From: Candidatus Methylomirabilia bacterium
Lineage (GTDB): Bacteria; Methylomirabilota; Methylomirabilia; Rokubacteriales; CSP1-6
Direction of reading: 5' to 3'
DNA length: 15,763 nt
Assembly: GCA_041492755.1 (NCBI GenBank)
Contig: JBGPXN010000100.1
Location: forward strand, 1 to 15,763
Below the pieces are notes generated by a model, which ran no database searches, had not been told where the DNA came from, and saw nothing but the letters and a program-made list of their open reading frames with translations. The translations under genes and the position numbers were made by a program. Positions 1 through 7,752 of the stretch are shown here, one piece after another; position 1 is the first letter of the stretch; every line of letters starts with the position of its first letter.

Positions 1-160
1 AGCGCAGCCCGAACACGCCGAGGTTCCAGACGGCCAGGGCCGCGGCCAGATAGGCGAACACGTAGTTCCGGTGGCTCTTGCGATCCGGCGCCAGCGCGCT
101 CCCCAGGAGCACCAGGTTCAGGCCGAGCGCGAAAAGGGGAAGGAGTTTGTGGAGCGACAT
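1..160 (-). CDS. 5' part of a multi-TM membrane protein, probably an N-terminal 7TM sensor region of a histidine kinase or signalling protein (runs off the window)
   Basis: Not in the ORF track. Manual translation from ATG at 160-158: MSLHKLLPLFALGLNLVLLGSALAPDRKSHRNYVFAYLAAALAVWNLGVFGLR. Two hydrophobic helices flank a basic loop, with an N..F......A.W pattern reminiscent of HisKA_7TM. An in-frame TGA upstream at 208-206 fixes the start. Confidence 0.7.
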   Translation of the reverse strand, partial: MSLHKLLPLFALGLNLVLLGSALAPDRKSHRNYVFAYLAAALAVWNLGVFGLR

Positions 161-181
161 GGCCGTGAGCGTCGGTACTGG

Positions 182-198
182 CGCAATGGCTGTGCCAG
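182..198 (-). promoter_or_regulatory. sigma54 (RpoN) -24/-12 promoter for the minus-strand sensor gene
   Basis: Minus strand reads CTGGCACAGCCATTGCG, matching YTGGCAC-N5-TTGC with exact GG-N10-GC spacing. Predicted start ~171, about 11 nt before the ATG at 160. Confidence 0.75.
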
Positions 199-308
199 CC
201 CTCGGTCAGGGGAGAGACTGGAGTCCGCGAGAACCCGTATCCACTGGATTTCCGACCCCCTTTCCCCCTTCCGGGCGCGGGGGCCCGCGCTCAGGGGCTC
301 AGCGCGCC

Positions 309-372
309 GTGAAGTACCTTAGTGTTTGGACGGTCCACGGTGTTTACTTCGGGTAATACTGTGAAGTAACTT
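309..372. promoter_or_regulatory. AT-rich repeat/palindrome cluster, candidate transcription-factor (enhancer) sites
   Basis: GTGAAGTACCTT (309-320) and GTGAAGTAACTT (361-372); inverted TTACTTC (344-350) / GAAGTAA (363-369); palindrome TGGAC-G-GTCCA (327-337). Confidence 0.45.
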
Positions 373-441
373 GTCGGTGTCCCGGGGCGGCCGGGCCCCG
401 AGACGATCCGAACGCGGTCCCGTCTTTCTCTTCGTCGGCGG

Positions 442-470
442 TTGAAAATCCCTCGCGCACGCCGTAAAGT
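442..470 (+). promoter_or_regulatory. sigma70-type promoter of the ffh operon
   Basis: TTGAAA (442-447), 17 nt spacer, TAAAGT (465-470); 10 nt to the ATG at 481 with no SD. Confidence 0.65.
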
Positions 471-480
471 CTAGTTTTCC

Positions 481-1830
481 ATGTTCGATTCACTCAGCAC
501 ACGCCTGCAGAGCGTCTTCGATCGCCTGGGCGGCCACGGCCGGCTCACCGAGGACAACATCCAGGAGGCGCTGCGCGAAGTCCGCGTGGCCCTGCTGGAG
601 GCCGACGTGAACTTCAAGGTCGTTCGCGGGTTCATCGACCGCGTGCGCGAGAAGGCGATCGGGCAGGACGTTTTCAAGTCGCTGACCCCCGCCCAGCAGG
701 TCGTGAAGGTGGTGCACGGCGAGCTGATGGAGCTCCTGGGCGGTAGCGGCCACCGGCTGAGCCCCGCCCCGCACCCCCCCACGATCGTCATGCTCATCGG
801 CCTGCAGGGCTCAGGGAAGACGACCACCGCGGCCAAGCTCGCGCGCTGGTACGCCCGCCAGGGGCAGCACCCGATCCTGGCCGCGGCGGATACGTATCGG
901 CCGGCCGCGATGGACCAACTCCGCACGCTCGGCGCCCAGGTCGACGTTCCCGTCGTCGGCGCGGCCGGGCAGACGCCGCTCCAGATCTGCCGGGCCGCGC
1001 GCGAGGAAGCGGCGGCCCGCGGGCTCACCCCGCTGCTGCTGGATACCGCGGGGCGGCTGCACATCGACGAGCCCATGCTCGACGAGCTCAAGGCAATCCG
1101 CGCCGAAGTGAAGCCGCACCACGTCCTGCTCGTCGTCGATGCCATGACCGGTCAAGACGCGGTGACGGTGGCGGACAAGTTCAACCAGGCCGTCGGCATC
1201 GATGCCGTCGTGCTGACCAAGATGGATGGCGACTCCCGCGGCGGTGCGGCGCTGTCCGTCCGCCACGTGACCGGCCGGCCGATCGCGTTCGTGGGCGTCG
1301 GCGAGAAGATCGAGGCGCTGGAGCCGTTTCATCCCGACCGGATCGCCTCGCGCATCCTCGGGATGGGCGACGTCCTGTCGCTGGTGGAGAAGGCGCAAGA
1401 GACGGTCGACCGCGAGAAGGCCGACGCGATGCTGCGCAAGCTCCGCGAGGACAGCTTCAGCCTCGAGGACTTCCGCGAGCAGCTCAAGCAGGTGCGCCAA
1501 ATGGGGCCGCTCGATCAGATCCTCGGTATGCTGCCCTTCGGCAACAAGCTCAAGGGCGCGACCGGCGAGCTCGACGCGGAACAGGCCGACCTCGGCCGCT
1601 TCGACGCCATCATCCTGTCGATGACGCCGGACGAGCGCCGGCGGCCCGAAGTCATCAACGGCAGCCGACGGCAGCGGATCGCCCGCGGCAGCGGCACCAC
1701 GGTGCAGGACGTGAACCGGCTGCTCAAGCAGTACGCGCAGCTCAGGAAGATGATGAAGCAGTTCAAGGGGCTCGAGGGGAAACTCCCTCGCATGAAGAAC
1801 CTGGGGGGATTTCCCACGTTGAGGGGGTGA
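481..1830 (+). CDS. ffh: Signal recognition particle protein Ffh
   Basis: ALLEADV, P-loop [35 protein letters not shown], and M-domain [11 protein letters not shown]. Confidence 0.99.
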   Translation: MFDSLSTRLQSVFDRLGGHGRLTEDNIQEALREVRVALLEADVNFKVVRGFIDRVREKAIGQDVFKSLTPAQQVVKVVHGELMELLGGSGHRLSPAPHPPTIVMLIGLQGSGKTTTAAKLARWYARQGQHPILAAADTYRPAAMDQLRTLGAQVDVPVVGAAGQTPLQICRAAREEAAARGLTPLLLDTAGRLHIDEPMLDELKAIRAEVKPHHVLLVVDAMTGQDAVTVADKFNQAVGIDAVVLTKMDGDSRGGAALSVRHVTGRPIAFVGVGEKIEALEPFHPDRIASRILGMGDVLSLVEKAQETVDREKADAMLRKLREDSFSLEDFREQLKQVRQMGPLDQILGMLPFGNKLKGATGELDAEQADLGRFDAIILSMTPDERRRPEVINGSRRQRIARGSGTTVQDVNRLLKQYAQLRKMMKQFKGLEGKLPRMKNLGGFPTLRG

Positions 1831-1834
1831 CCAC

Positions 1835-2092
1835 GTGTCAGTGTCGATTCGATTGAGGCGCATGGGATCGTCGCGGAAACCGAGGTATCGAGTGGTGGTG
1901 GCGGATTCGCGCTCGCCCCGCGATGGGCGGTTCATCGAGGTCATCGGGCACTACAACCCGCTCACCTCGCCGCCCACCGTAAAGATCGACCGGGCGAAGG
2001 CGCGGACATGGATCGAAAAGGGCGCGCAGCCGTCCAACACCGTGAAGAAGCTCATGGCGAACGTCAAGGAGCCGGTGGCAGACACGGCCTAA
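1835..2092 (+). CDS. rpsP: 30S ribosomal protein S16
   Basis: IRLRRMG...[25 protein letters not shown]...GAQPS; GTG start with SD-like GAGGGGG at 1821-1827. Confidence 0.99.
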   Translation: MSVSIRLRRMGSSRKPRYRVVVADSRSPRDGRFIEVIGHYNPLTSPPTVKIDRAKARTWIEKGAQPSNTVKKLMANVKEPVADTA

Positions 2093-2096
2093 GCTG

Positions 2097-2612
2097 TTGG
2101 ACCAACTGGTGGTGATCGGCGAGATCACGCGACCGCACGGCCTCCACGGCGAGGTCCGGGTCACGCCGCTCACCGACGACCCGGAGCGATTCACCCACTT
2201 GAGAGAGTGCATCGTGTGGAATCCGACGGGTGACCAGCGTGAGCCCCGTCGTGTCGACGCGGCCCGCCGGCACGGCCACGGCGTGGTCCTCGCGCTCGCG
2301 GGGGCCGGCTCCGTCGACGACGCGCGGGCGCTGGTGGGGCGGCTCGTCGCGGTGGCGGCGGCGGATGCGCGCCCGTTACCGGAAGGCTGGTTCTATCCGT
2401 GGCAGCTCGAGGGCTGCCTGGTGCAGACGGCCGACGGCGTGGAAGTGGGTCGGGTGACTGGCATCGAGCGCTCGGCGGCGCACGATCTCTGGGCGGTCTC
2501 GGGCGCCGGCCGCGAGCATCTGATCCCGGCGGTGCCGGAGATCGTGATCGAGGTGGATCTGGCCGCGCGCCGGGTGGTCATCCAACCGCCGGCCGGGCTG
2601 CTCGAGCTGTAG
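2097..2612 (+). CDS. rimM: Ribosome maturation factor RimM
   Basis: VIGEITRPHGLHGEVRV, FYPWQLEG, HLIPAV, C-terminal PPAGLLEL; located between rpsP and trmD; TTG start. Confidence 0.96.
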   Translation: MDQLVVIGEITRPHGLHGEVRVTPLTDDPERFTHLRECIVWNPTGDQREPRRVDAARRHGHGVVLALAGAGSVDDARALVGRLVAVAAADARPLPEGWFYPWQLEGCLVQTADGVEVGRVTGIERSAAHDLWAVSGAGREHLIPAVPEIVIEVDLAARRVVIQPPAGLLEL

Positions 2613-2663
2613 GAGGATCGCGGGGGATCGGGGGGCCATTTCGGGGTCTCTATCTCAAGGGAC

Positions 2664-3398
2664 ATGCGCATCGACATCGTCACGCTCTTCCCCGGTATGG
2701 TCGAGCCGGCGCTCGCCGAGTCCGTGCTGGGGCGGGCGCGCGCGCGGGGCATCGTTGACATCCGGGCCGTGAATCTCCGAGACTACGCGGGGGGCAAGCA
2801 CCGGGTCACCGACGACTCCCCTTTCGGCGGGGGTGGCGGCATGGTCCTGAAGCCGGAGCCGCTGTTCGCCGCCGTCGACGCCCTCCGCACACCGGGCGCC
2901 TGCGTAATCCTGATGGACCCGCGCGGGCGCCTTTTGACGCAGGCCATGGCCTGGGAGCTGGCGGGGCGGGCGCACCTGATCCTATTGTGCGGTCGGTACG
3001 AAGGCGTCGACGAGCGGGTGACCGCGCACCTGGCCGACGACGTGGTGTCGGTCGGCGACTACGTGCTGACCGGCGGCGAGCTGCCGGCGCTGGTCGCGAC
3101 CGATGCGGTCACGCGGCTGCTGCCCGGGGCGCTCGGATGCGAGGGCGCGGCCGAGCGCGAGTCGTTCGCGGACGGCGTGCTGGAGGCACCGCAGTATACG
3201 AGGCCGGAGGCGTTCCGAGACCTGCACGTCCCCGCGGTGCTGCTGTCGGGTGACCACGCCCGCATCGCGCGCTGGCGGCGGCGGCAGGCGCTCTGGCGCA
3301 CGTGGCGGACACGGCCCGAGCTGCTGGAGCGGGCGTACCTGACGGAGGACGAGCGCAAGCTCGTGGAAGCGTTCGAACGCGGCGAGACTCCCGAGTAG
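2664..3398 (+). CDS. trmD: tRNA (guanine37-N1)-methyltransferase
   Basis: [53 protein letters not shown]. Confidence 0.99.
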   Translation: MRIDIVTLFPGMVEPALAESVLGRARARGIVDIRAVNLRDYAGGKHRVTDDSPFGGGGGMVLKPEPLFAAVDALRTPGACVILMDPRGRLLTQAMAWELAGRAHLILLCGRYEGVDERVTAHLADDVVSVGDYVLTGGELPALVATDAVTRLLPGALGCEGAAERESFADGVLEAPQYTRPEAFRDLHVPAVLLSGDHARIARWRRRQALWRTWRTRPELLERAYLTEDERKLVEAFERGETPE

Positions 3399-3427
3399 CG
3401 CCCGCGATAGAAAGGAACGGAAGGGCC

Positions 3428-3805
3428 ATGGACGTGATCCGGTTGGTGGAAGCGGCGCACCTCAGGAAGGACCGCGACGGCTTTGTGCCGGGCGACACCG
3501 TCCGCGTGCACGTGAAAGTCGTCGAGGGTGAAAAAGAGCGGATCCAGGCGTTCGAAGGTGTCGTCATCCGCAAGCGGGGCGAGGGCCTCCGCGCATCGTT
3601 CACGGTGCGGCGGATCTCCTACGGGGTGGGCGTCGAGCGAACGTTCCCGCTGCACTCGCCGCGCATCGAGCGCGTCGACGTCGTCCGTCGGGGCCGTGTG
3701 CGCCGCTCGAAGCTCTACTACCTCCGCCAGCTCGCCGGCAAGGCCGCCCGCCTGAAAGAGAAGCGGGTGCCCCAGATCCCCACGACGGTCAACCAGCCGC
3801 AGTAA
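3428..3805 (+). CDS. rplS: 50S ribosomal protein L19
   Basis: [27 protein letters not shown]...[17 protein letters not shown]...[12 protein letters not shown]. Start moved from the track's 3302 to ATG 3428, which is in frame, lies after the trmD stop and has purine-rich sequence upstream. Confidence 0.98.
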   Translation: MDVIRLVEAAHLRKDRDGFVPGDTVRVHVKVVEGEKERIQAFEGVVIRKRGEGLRASFTVRRISYGVGVERTFPLHSPRIERVDVVRRGRVRRSKLYYLRQLAGKAARLKEKRVPQIPTTVNQPQ

Positions 3806-3817
3806 CCGGTCTCCTGC

Positions 3818-4462
3818 GTGACGCCGCCGGCGTCGGCGCCCTACCGCTTCGAAGGCCAGGCCTGGCGAGCGGGCGTCGCCCGGGTGGCCGGACTCGACGA
3901 GGCTGGCCGCGGTCCCCTCGCGGGTCCGGTGGTCGCCGCCGCCGTCATCATCGCTCCCGAGCGTCGCATCCGGGGCCTCGCCGACTCCAAGCTGCTGGCG
4001 CCGGCCCGCCGGGAACAACTCTTCGCTCTCATCCACGAGCGGGCGAGCGCGGTGGGCGTGGGGGTGGTGGACCACGAGGTCATCGATCGCATCAACATCC
4101 TGGAGGCCACGCGGCTGGCCATGCGCCAGGCGCTCGCCGCCCTGGCCGTGGCGCCCGATCTCGTCATCACCGACTTCGTTCACCTGCCCGGCCTGCCCTG
4201 CCCCCAGCGCAACCTCGTGGACGGCGACGTCCGCTGCGCCACCGTGGCGGCCGCGTCGATCATCGCCAAGGTCACGCGGGACCGGATGATGGTGGACGCC
4301 GACGCGAAGTTCCCGGAATACGGTTTCGCGCGTCACAAGGGCTATGGCACCGCCGACCATCTGGCCGCGCTCGACCGCCTCGGCCCCTGCCCGCTGCATC
4401 GGCGAACCTTCTCGGGCGTGTGGCGCCAGGGCCGGCTCTTCGTGCCCGAGGACGACGACTGA
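3818..4462 (+). CDS. rnhB: Ribonuclease HII
   Basis: GLDEAGRGPLAGPV, LADSK, INILEAT, AAASIIAKVTRD, HKGYGT, HRRTF. Confidence 0.97.
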   Translation: MTPPASAPYRFEGQAWRAGVARVAGLDEAGRGPLAGPVVAAAVIIAPERRIRGLADSKLLAPARREQLFALIHERASAVGVGVVDHEVIDRINILEATRLAMRQALAALAVAPDLVITDFVHLPGLPCPQRNLVDGDVRCATVAAASIIAKVTRDRMMVDADAKFPEYGFARHKGYGTADHLAALDRLGPCPLHRRTFSGVWRQGRLFVPEDDD

Positions 4463-4512
4463 TTGGCCGGCCGACCGCCACGCGTGAGCGGCACGGGGAG
4501 GCCGCCTCGCGT

Positions 4513-4541
4513 TTGAGAATGCGCGACGGCTCTGTTATCCT
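4513..4541 (+). promoter_or_regulatory. sigma70-type promoter with extended -10 for the cyclase-pfk cassette
   Basis: TTGAGA (4513-4518), 17 nt spacer, TATCCT (4536-4541), with TG at 4533-4534. Confidence 0.7.
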
Positions 4542-4672
4542 CCGCTCCCGTAGCGTCTGGTCACCCCAGGACGCCGTCGATGACCTCATCGGCAGGGTAT
4601 AGCGGGAACGATGGTGAAGTGTGAACGGGTCGTGGGCGCGGACGCAAGCCAGCTCGGCTGACCACACCATCC

Positions 4673-5977
4673 ATGGAACGAACGACACCCGGGTCCGACG
4701 GCCGCCGCGATGCCCCCATCCATCGCCTGACCCTCCGTTTCACCGACGATCTGGAGCGGCCGTTCCTCCGCGACTACTTTCGGAAGTCGGTCTGGCAGGT
4801 TCGGATCGCCCAGCTCGTCGGGGCCAGCCTCTACGGAATCTTCGCGCTCATCGACCCGTGGGTCATCCCGGAAGTCACCATCCACGTCTGGACGCTCCGG
4901 GCGGCGGTGATCACGTTCTTCCTCATCACGTTCGCCCTCACCTACACGCCCCTCTTCGAGCGCTGGATGCAGCCGGCGATCGCCGGGATGGCGCTCATCG
5001 CCGGGTTCGGGATGATCTGGGTGATGATCGTCGCGCCGTTCCCGGCCCGGGAGCTGTACCACCCAGGGTTGACGCTGGTCATCCTCGCCGCGTACACCTT
5101 CATGAAGCTGCGGTTCGCCCCGGCCGTGGTCGCCGCGCTCGTGCTCGGCGTCGGCTACAACGTGGCCGACGTGTTCGTCCGCGACACGCCGCTACCGGTT
5201 CTCCTCAGCAACAACTTCTATCTGCTCGGCGCGAACGTCGTTGGCATGTTCGCCGGCTACAACATGGAGCTGTACACCCGCCGGGACTTCCTGCAGCGGC
5301 GGCGGCTGGAAGACGAAGAGGCGCAAGTGGAGCGCCTGCTCCTGAACGTGCTGCCGCCGTCGATCGCCGAGCGGCTGAAGTACACGCCGGGCTCGATCGC
5401 CGACCGGTTCGGCTCCGTCACCATCCTCTTTACCGACATCGTTCACTTCACCGAGCTGTCGTCCCGGGTCTCCGCCGAGGAGCTCGTGGCCCTGCTCAAC
5501 GACGTCTTCTCGGCGTTCGACGAGCTCGTGGAGAAGCACGGGCTCGAAAAGATCAAAACGATCGGTGACGCCTACATGGCGGTGGCCGGCGTGCCTACCC
5601 TTCGTAAGGATCATGCCGAGGCCGTGGCCGACTTCGCGCTCGACATGCTGGAGGCGATGGCCGGGCTCAACGCCTCGCGCCCGGAGCCGCTGCGCCTGCG
5701 GGTCGGCATGCACACGGGGCCGGTGGTGGCGGGCGTGATCGGGACGAAGAAGTTCGCCTACGATCTGTGGGGGGACACCGTCAACACGGCCAGCCGCATG
5801 GAGTCGCACGGCCTGCCCGACGCCATCCAGGTCACGCGGGCCACCTATGAGCGGTTGCGGGACAACTTCGAGCTGCGCCGCCGGGGGCCCATCGAAGTGA
5901 AAGGCAAGGGCGAGATGGTGACGTACATGCTGATCGGGCGCAAGAACGGCGGCGCCGGGACAGCGGCCTCGGCGTGA
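4673..5977 (+). CDS. Membrane-bound (6-TM) class III adenylate cyclase, Rv1625c/mammalian-like
   Basis: Six hydrophobic segments, then ERLLLNVLPPSIAERLK. Catalytic set: D255 (FTDIV), K295 and D299 (KIKTIGD), D364, N371 and R375 (YDLWGDTVNTASR), plus KGKG. The K/D pair indicates ATP specificity. Confidence 0.93.
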   Translation: MERTTPGSDGRRDAPIHRLTLRFTDDLERPFLRDYFRKSVWQVRIAQLVGASLYGIFALIDPWVIPEVTIHVWTLRAAVITFFLITFALTYTPLFERWMQPAIAGMALIAGFGMIWVMIVAPFPARELYHPGLTLVILAAYTFMKLRFAPAVVAALVLGVGYNVADVFVRDTPLPVLLSNNFYLLGANVVGMFAGYNMELYTRRDFLQRRRLEDEEAQVERLLLNVLPPSIAERLKYTPGSIADRFGSVTILFTDIVHFTELSSRVSAEELVALLNDVFSAFDELVEKHGLEKIKTIGDAYMAVAGVPTLRKDHAEAVADFALDMLEAMAGLNASRPEPLRLRVGMHTGPVVAGVIGTKKFAYDLWGDTVNTASRMESHGLPDAIQVTRATYERLRDNFELRRRGPIEVKGKGEMVTYMLIGRKNGGAGTAASA

Positions 5978-7203
5978 AGACCCTGGCGATCCTCGTGGAT
6001 GGCGGCCCGGCGCCGGGCATCAACGCGATCATCGCGGCCGCCGCCATCGAGGCCCGCAACCAGGGCCTCCGCGTGATCGGGTGCTACGACGGGTTCCGCT
6101 GGCTCATGCAGGGCGACCCGCACCACGTGATCGAGCTGGACATCTCCGACGTCTCGCGCGTCCACTTCGACGGCGGCTCCATCTTGAGAACCTCGCGGTG
6201 GAATCCCACCGCTCCGCCGGATGGTCTGGCCCGCGTGGCCGACACCCTGCGGCGACTCGGCGTGGACTACCTGATCACGATCGGCGGCAACGACACCGTC
6301 TCCGCGGCCTCGCGTCTGGCCACGGTGGCCGCCGGCGTCAGCATCGCCCACGTCCCGAAGACGATCGACAACGACCTGCCGCTGCCGAGCGACATCGTCA
6401 CGGCCGGCTTCACCACCGCCTGCAACATCGGCACGGACCTCGTGCGGAATCTCATGAACGACGCCGCGACGACCGAGCGGTGGTTCTTCGTAACCGTCAT
6501 GGGGCGCCAGGCGGGTCACCTCGCCCTCGGCATCGGAGGGGCCGCCGGGGCGACGCTCACCGTGATCGCCGAGGAGTTCCCGGAGCCCCGGATCTCCGTG
6601 GACCGCCTCGCCGACGTGCTGGAGGGCGCCATCATCAAGCGTCACGCCCAGGGGCGCGAGCACGGGGTCGCCATCCTGGCCGAAGGATTGGCCGAGAAGC
6701 TGGATCCCGCGACGTGGGGACCGATGCAGCGTGACGCCTACGGCCACATCCGGTTGACGGAGCTCGAGCTCGCCCGAGTGCTCAAGGACCGGGTCACGAG
6801 CAGCCTGCAGTCCCGGGGGCTGGACATCACCATCGTGGCCAAGGACCTCGGCTACGAGCTGCGCTGCGCGCCGCCGGGCGCGCACGACATCCAGTACGCC
6901 CGGAGCCTCGGATACTGCGCCACCCAATTCCTGCTCGACGGCGGCAGCGGCGCGATGATCTCGATCCAGGCCGGGCGCCTGGTTCCGATGCCCTTCGCCT
7001 CGCTGATCGACCCCCAAACCGGCACGGTCCGCGTGCGTTACCTCGACGTGCAGTCGGAGATGTACCGCACGCTGTACGCGTACATGATCCGGCTCAAGCC
7101 CGCCGACTTCGACGATACCGGCAGCGTCGGGCTCCTCGCGGAATCGGCGAATCTAGGCGAGGCGGAGTTCGTCCAGCGCTTCCGGCCAGTGGTGCACCAC
7201 TGA
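5974..7203 (+). CDS. pfp: PfkA-family 6-phosphofructokinase, pyrophosphate-dependent type (short clade, Thermotoga Pfp-like)
   Basis: GGPAPGIN, GGSILRTSR, IGGNDT, PKTIDNDL, MGRQAGHLAL, LGYELRC. Asp107 and Lys129 occupy the two phosphoryl-donor positions (E. coli G104/G124), the PPi signature. GTG start overlaps the cyclase TGA. Confidence 0.88.
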   Translation: MKTLAILVDGGPAPGINAIIAAAAIEARNQGLRVIGCYDGFRWLMQGDPHHVIELDISDVSRVHFDGGSILRTSRWNPTAPPDGLARVADTLRRLGVDYLITIGGNDTVSAASRLATVAAGVSIAHVPKTIDNDLPLPSDIVTAGFTTACNIGTDLVRNLMNDAATTERWFFVTVMGRQAGHLALGIGGAAGATLTVIAEEFPEPRISVDRLADVLEGAIIKRHAQGREHGVAILAEGLAEKLDPATWGPMQRDAYGHIRLTELELARVLKDRVTSSLQSRGLDITIVAKDLGYELRCAPPGAHDIQYARSLGYCATQFLLDGGSGAMISIQAGRLVPMPFASLIDPQTGTVRVRYLDVQSEMYRTLYAYMIRLKPADFDDTGSVGLLAESANLGEAEFVQRFRPVVHH

Positions 7204-7348
7204 TCGATTGACGCGTTTCGACCGGCCCATGAGACCGCATAGGGAACACCACGTATCGGAACGGATGCACCTGTCCCGCGGGTACCTCGTGAGCTGTCAG
7301 GGATTCGTCACACTTTCGGCGATAGGCGATTCGCGCTACACCGGGCAC

Positions 7349-7720
7349 GTGGACGGACGCCAGGCGATCGGTCGGATGGCGGAGGATGTGGCCGCGCGAT
7401 TCCTGGAGCGCGCCGGGCTGCGTGTGGTCGAGCGCAACGCGCGGTCGGCGCTCGGGGAGATCGATCTTGTCTGCCGCGACGGCGACGCGTGGGTGTTCGT
7501 GGAAGTGAAGTGCCGGCAGGCGCGCTGGGGCGACGCGCCGGCGGCGGCGGTGTCGTGGATCAAGCGCCGCCGACTGATCCGGCTCGCCCAGGCCTATCTG
7601 CGGTGGCGTGGCGGCCCGACCGCGCGCTGCCGGTTCGACGTCGTCGCCGTCACCGTCGATGGCGAGCGCGTGCTGGAGGTGCGCCACCTGCCGGCCGCGT
7701 TCGACGCGTCCGAGGCTTGA
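7349..7720 (+). CDS. yraN: YraN family (UPF0102) PD-(D/E)xK nuclease-like protein
   Basis: GRMAEDVAARFL, VERNAR, GEIDLV, VFVEVK, RFDVVAV, HLPAAF. Start moved to in-frame GTG 7349, which gives a typical 123 aa length. Confidence 0.92.
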   Translation: MDGRQAIGRMAEDVAARFLERAGLRVVERNARSALGEIDLVCRDGDAWVFVEVKCRQARWGDAPAAAVSWIKRRRLIRLAQAYLRWRGGPTARCRFDVVAVTVDGERVLEVRHLPAAFDASEA

Positions 7721-7745
7721 CCTCGGCCGGCGGCGACGCGATGCT
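7717..7745 (+). promoter_or_regulatory. Putative promoter for a leaderless PhzF-family transcript
   Basis: TTGACC (7717-7722, overlapping the yraN stop), 17 nt spacer, GATGCT (7740-7745), then 7 nt to ATG 7753; no SD. Confidence 0.5.
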
Positions 7746-7752
7746 GCCGATC

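Noticed and set aside
275..290. GCGCGGG-GG-CCCGCGC hairpin as a terminator
   Set aside because: No U-tract, and it lies between divergent gene starts.
309..372. Degenerate CRISPR (two repeats 52 nt apart)
   Set aside because: Only two 12-nt copies, and no cas genes in the window.
4640..4651. GGACGCAAGCC resembles the GGGACGCAAAGCC core of c-di-GMP-I riboswitches
   Set aside because: One A short, with no upstream GGCAAA or GNRA-capped P2 stem; partial resemblance only.
4608..4671. GATGGTG...GCTGACCACACC loosely resembles a fluoride riboswitch
   Set aside because: Lacks the GGnGATGnnGTTC-CC stem and the AATGA/GATGA...CTAC 3' motif.
7287..7312. CRP site (CGTGA...TCACA) downstream of the cyclase cassette
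   Set aside because: Half-sites are 15 nt apart rather than 6.
4673..7720. Cyclase plus nuclease-like YraN as a Pycsar/CBASS-type defence system
   Set aside because: The cyclase is a 6-TM ATP-specific signalling type, no cNMP-binding effector is adjacent, and yraN is a normal rnhB neighbour.
7489..7752. Extended N-termini in the track for the PhzF-like gene (likewise rplS 3302, yraN 7208, CoA-transferase beta 11125, DHDPS-like 14149)
   Set aside because: The extensions overlap upstream genes or spacers; family homology and SD/promoter signals point to the downstream starts.
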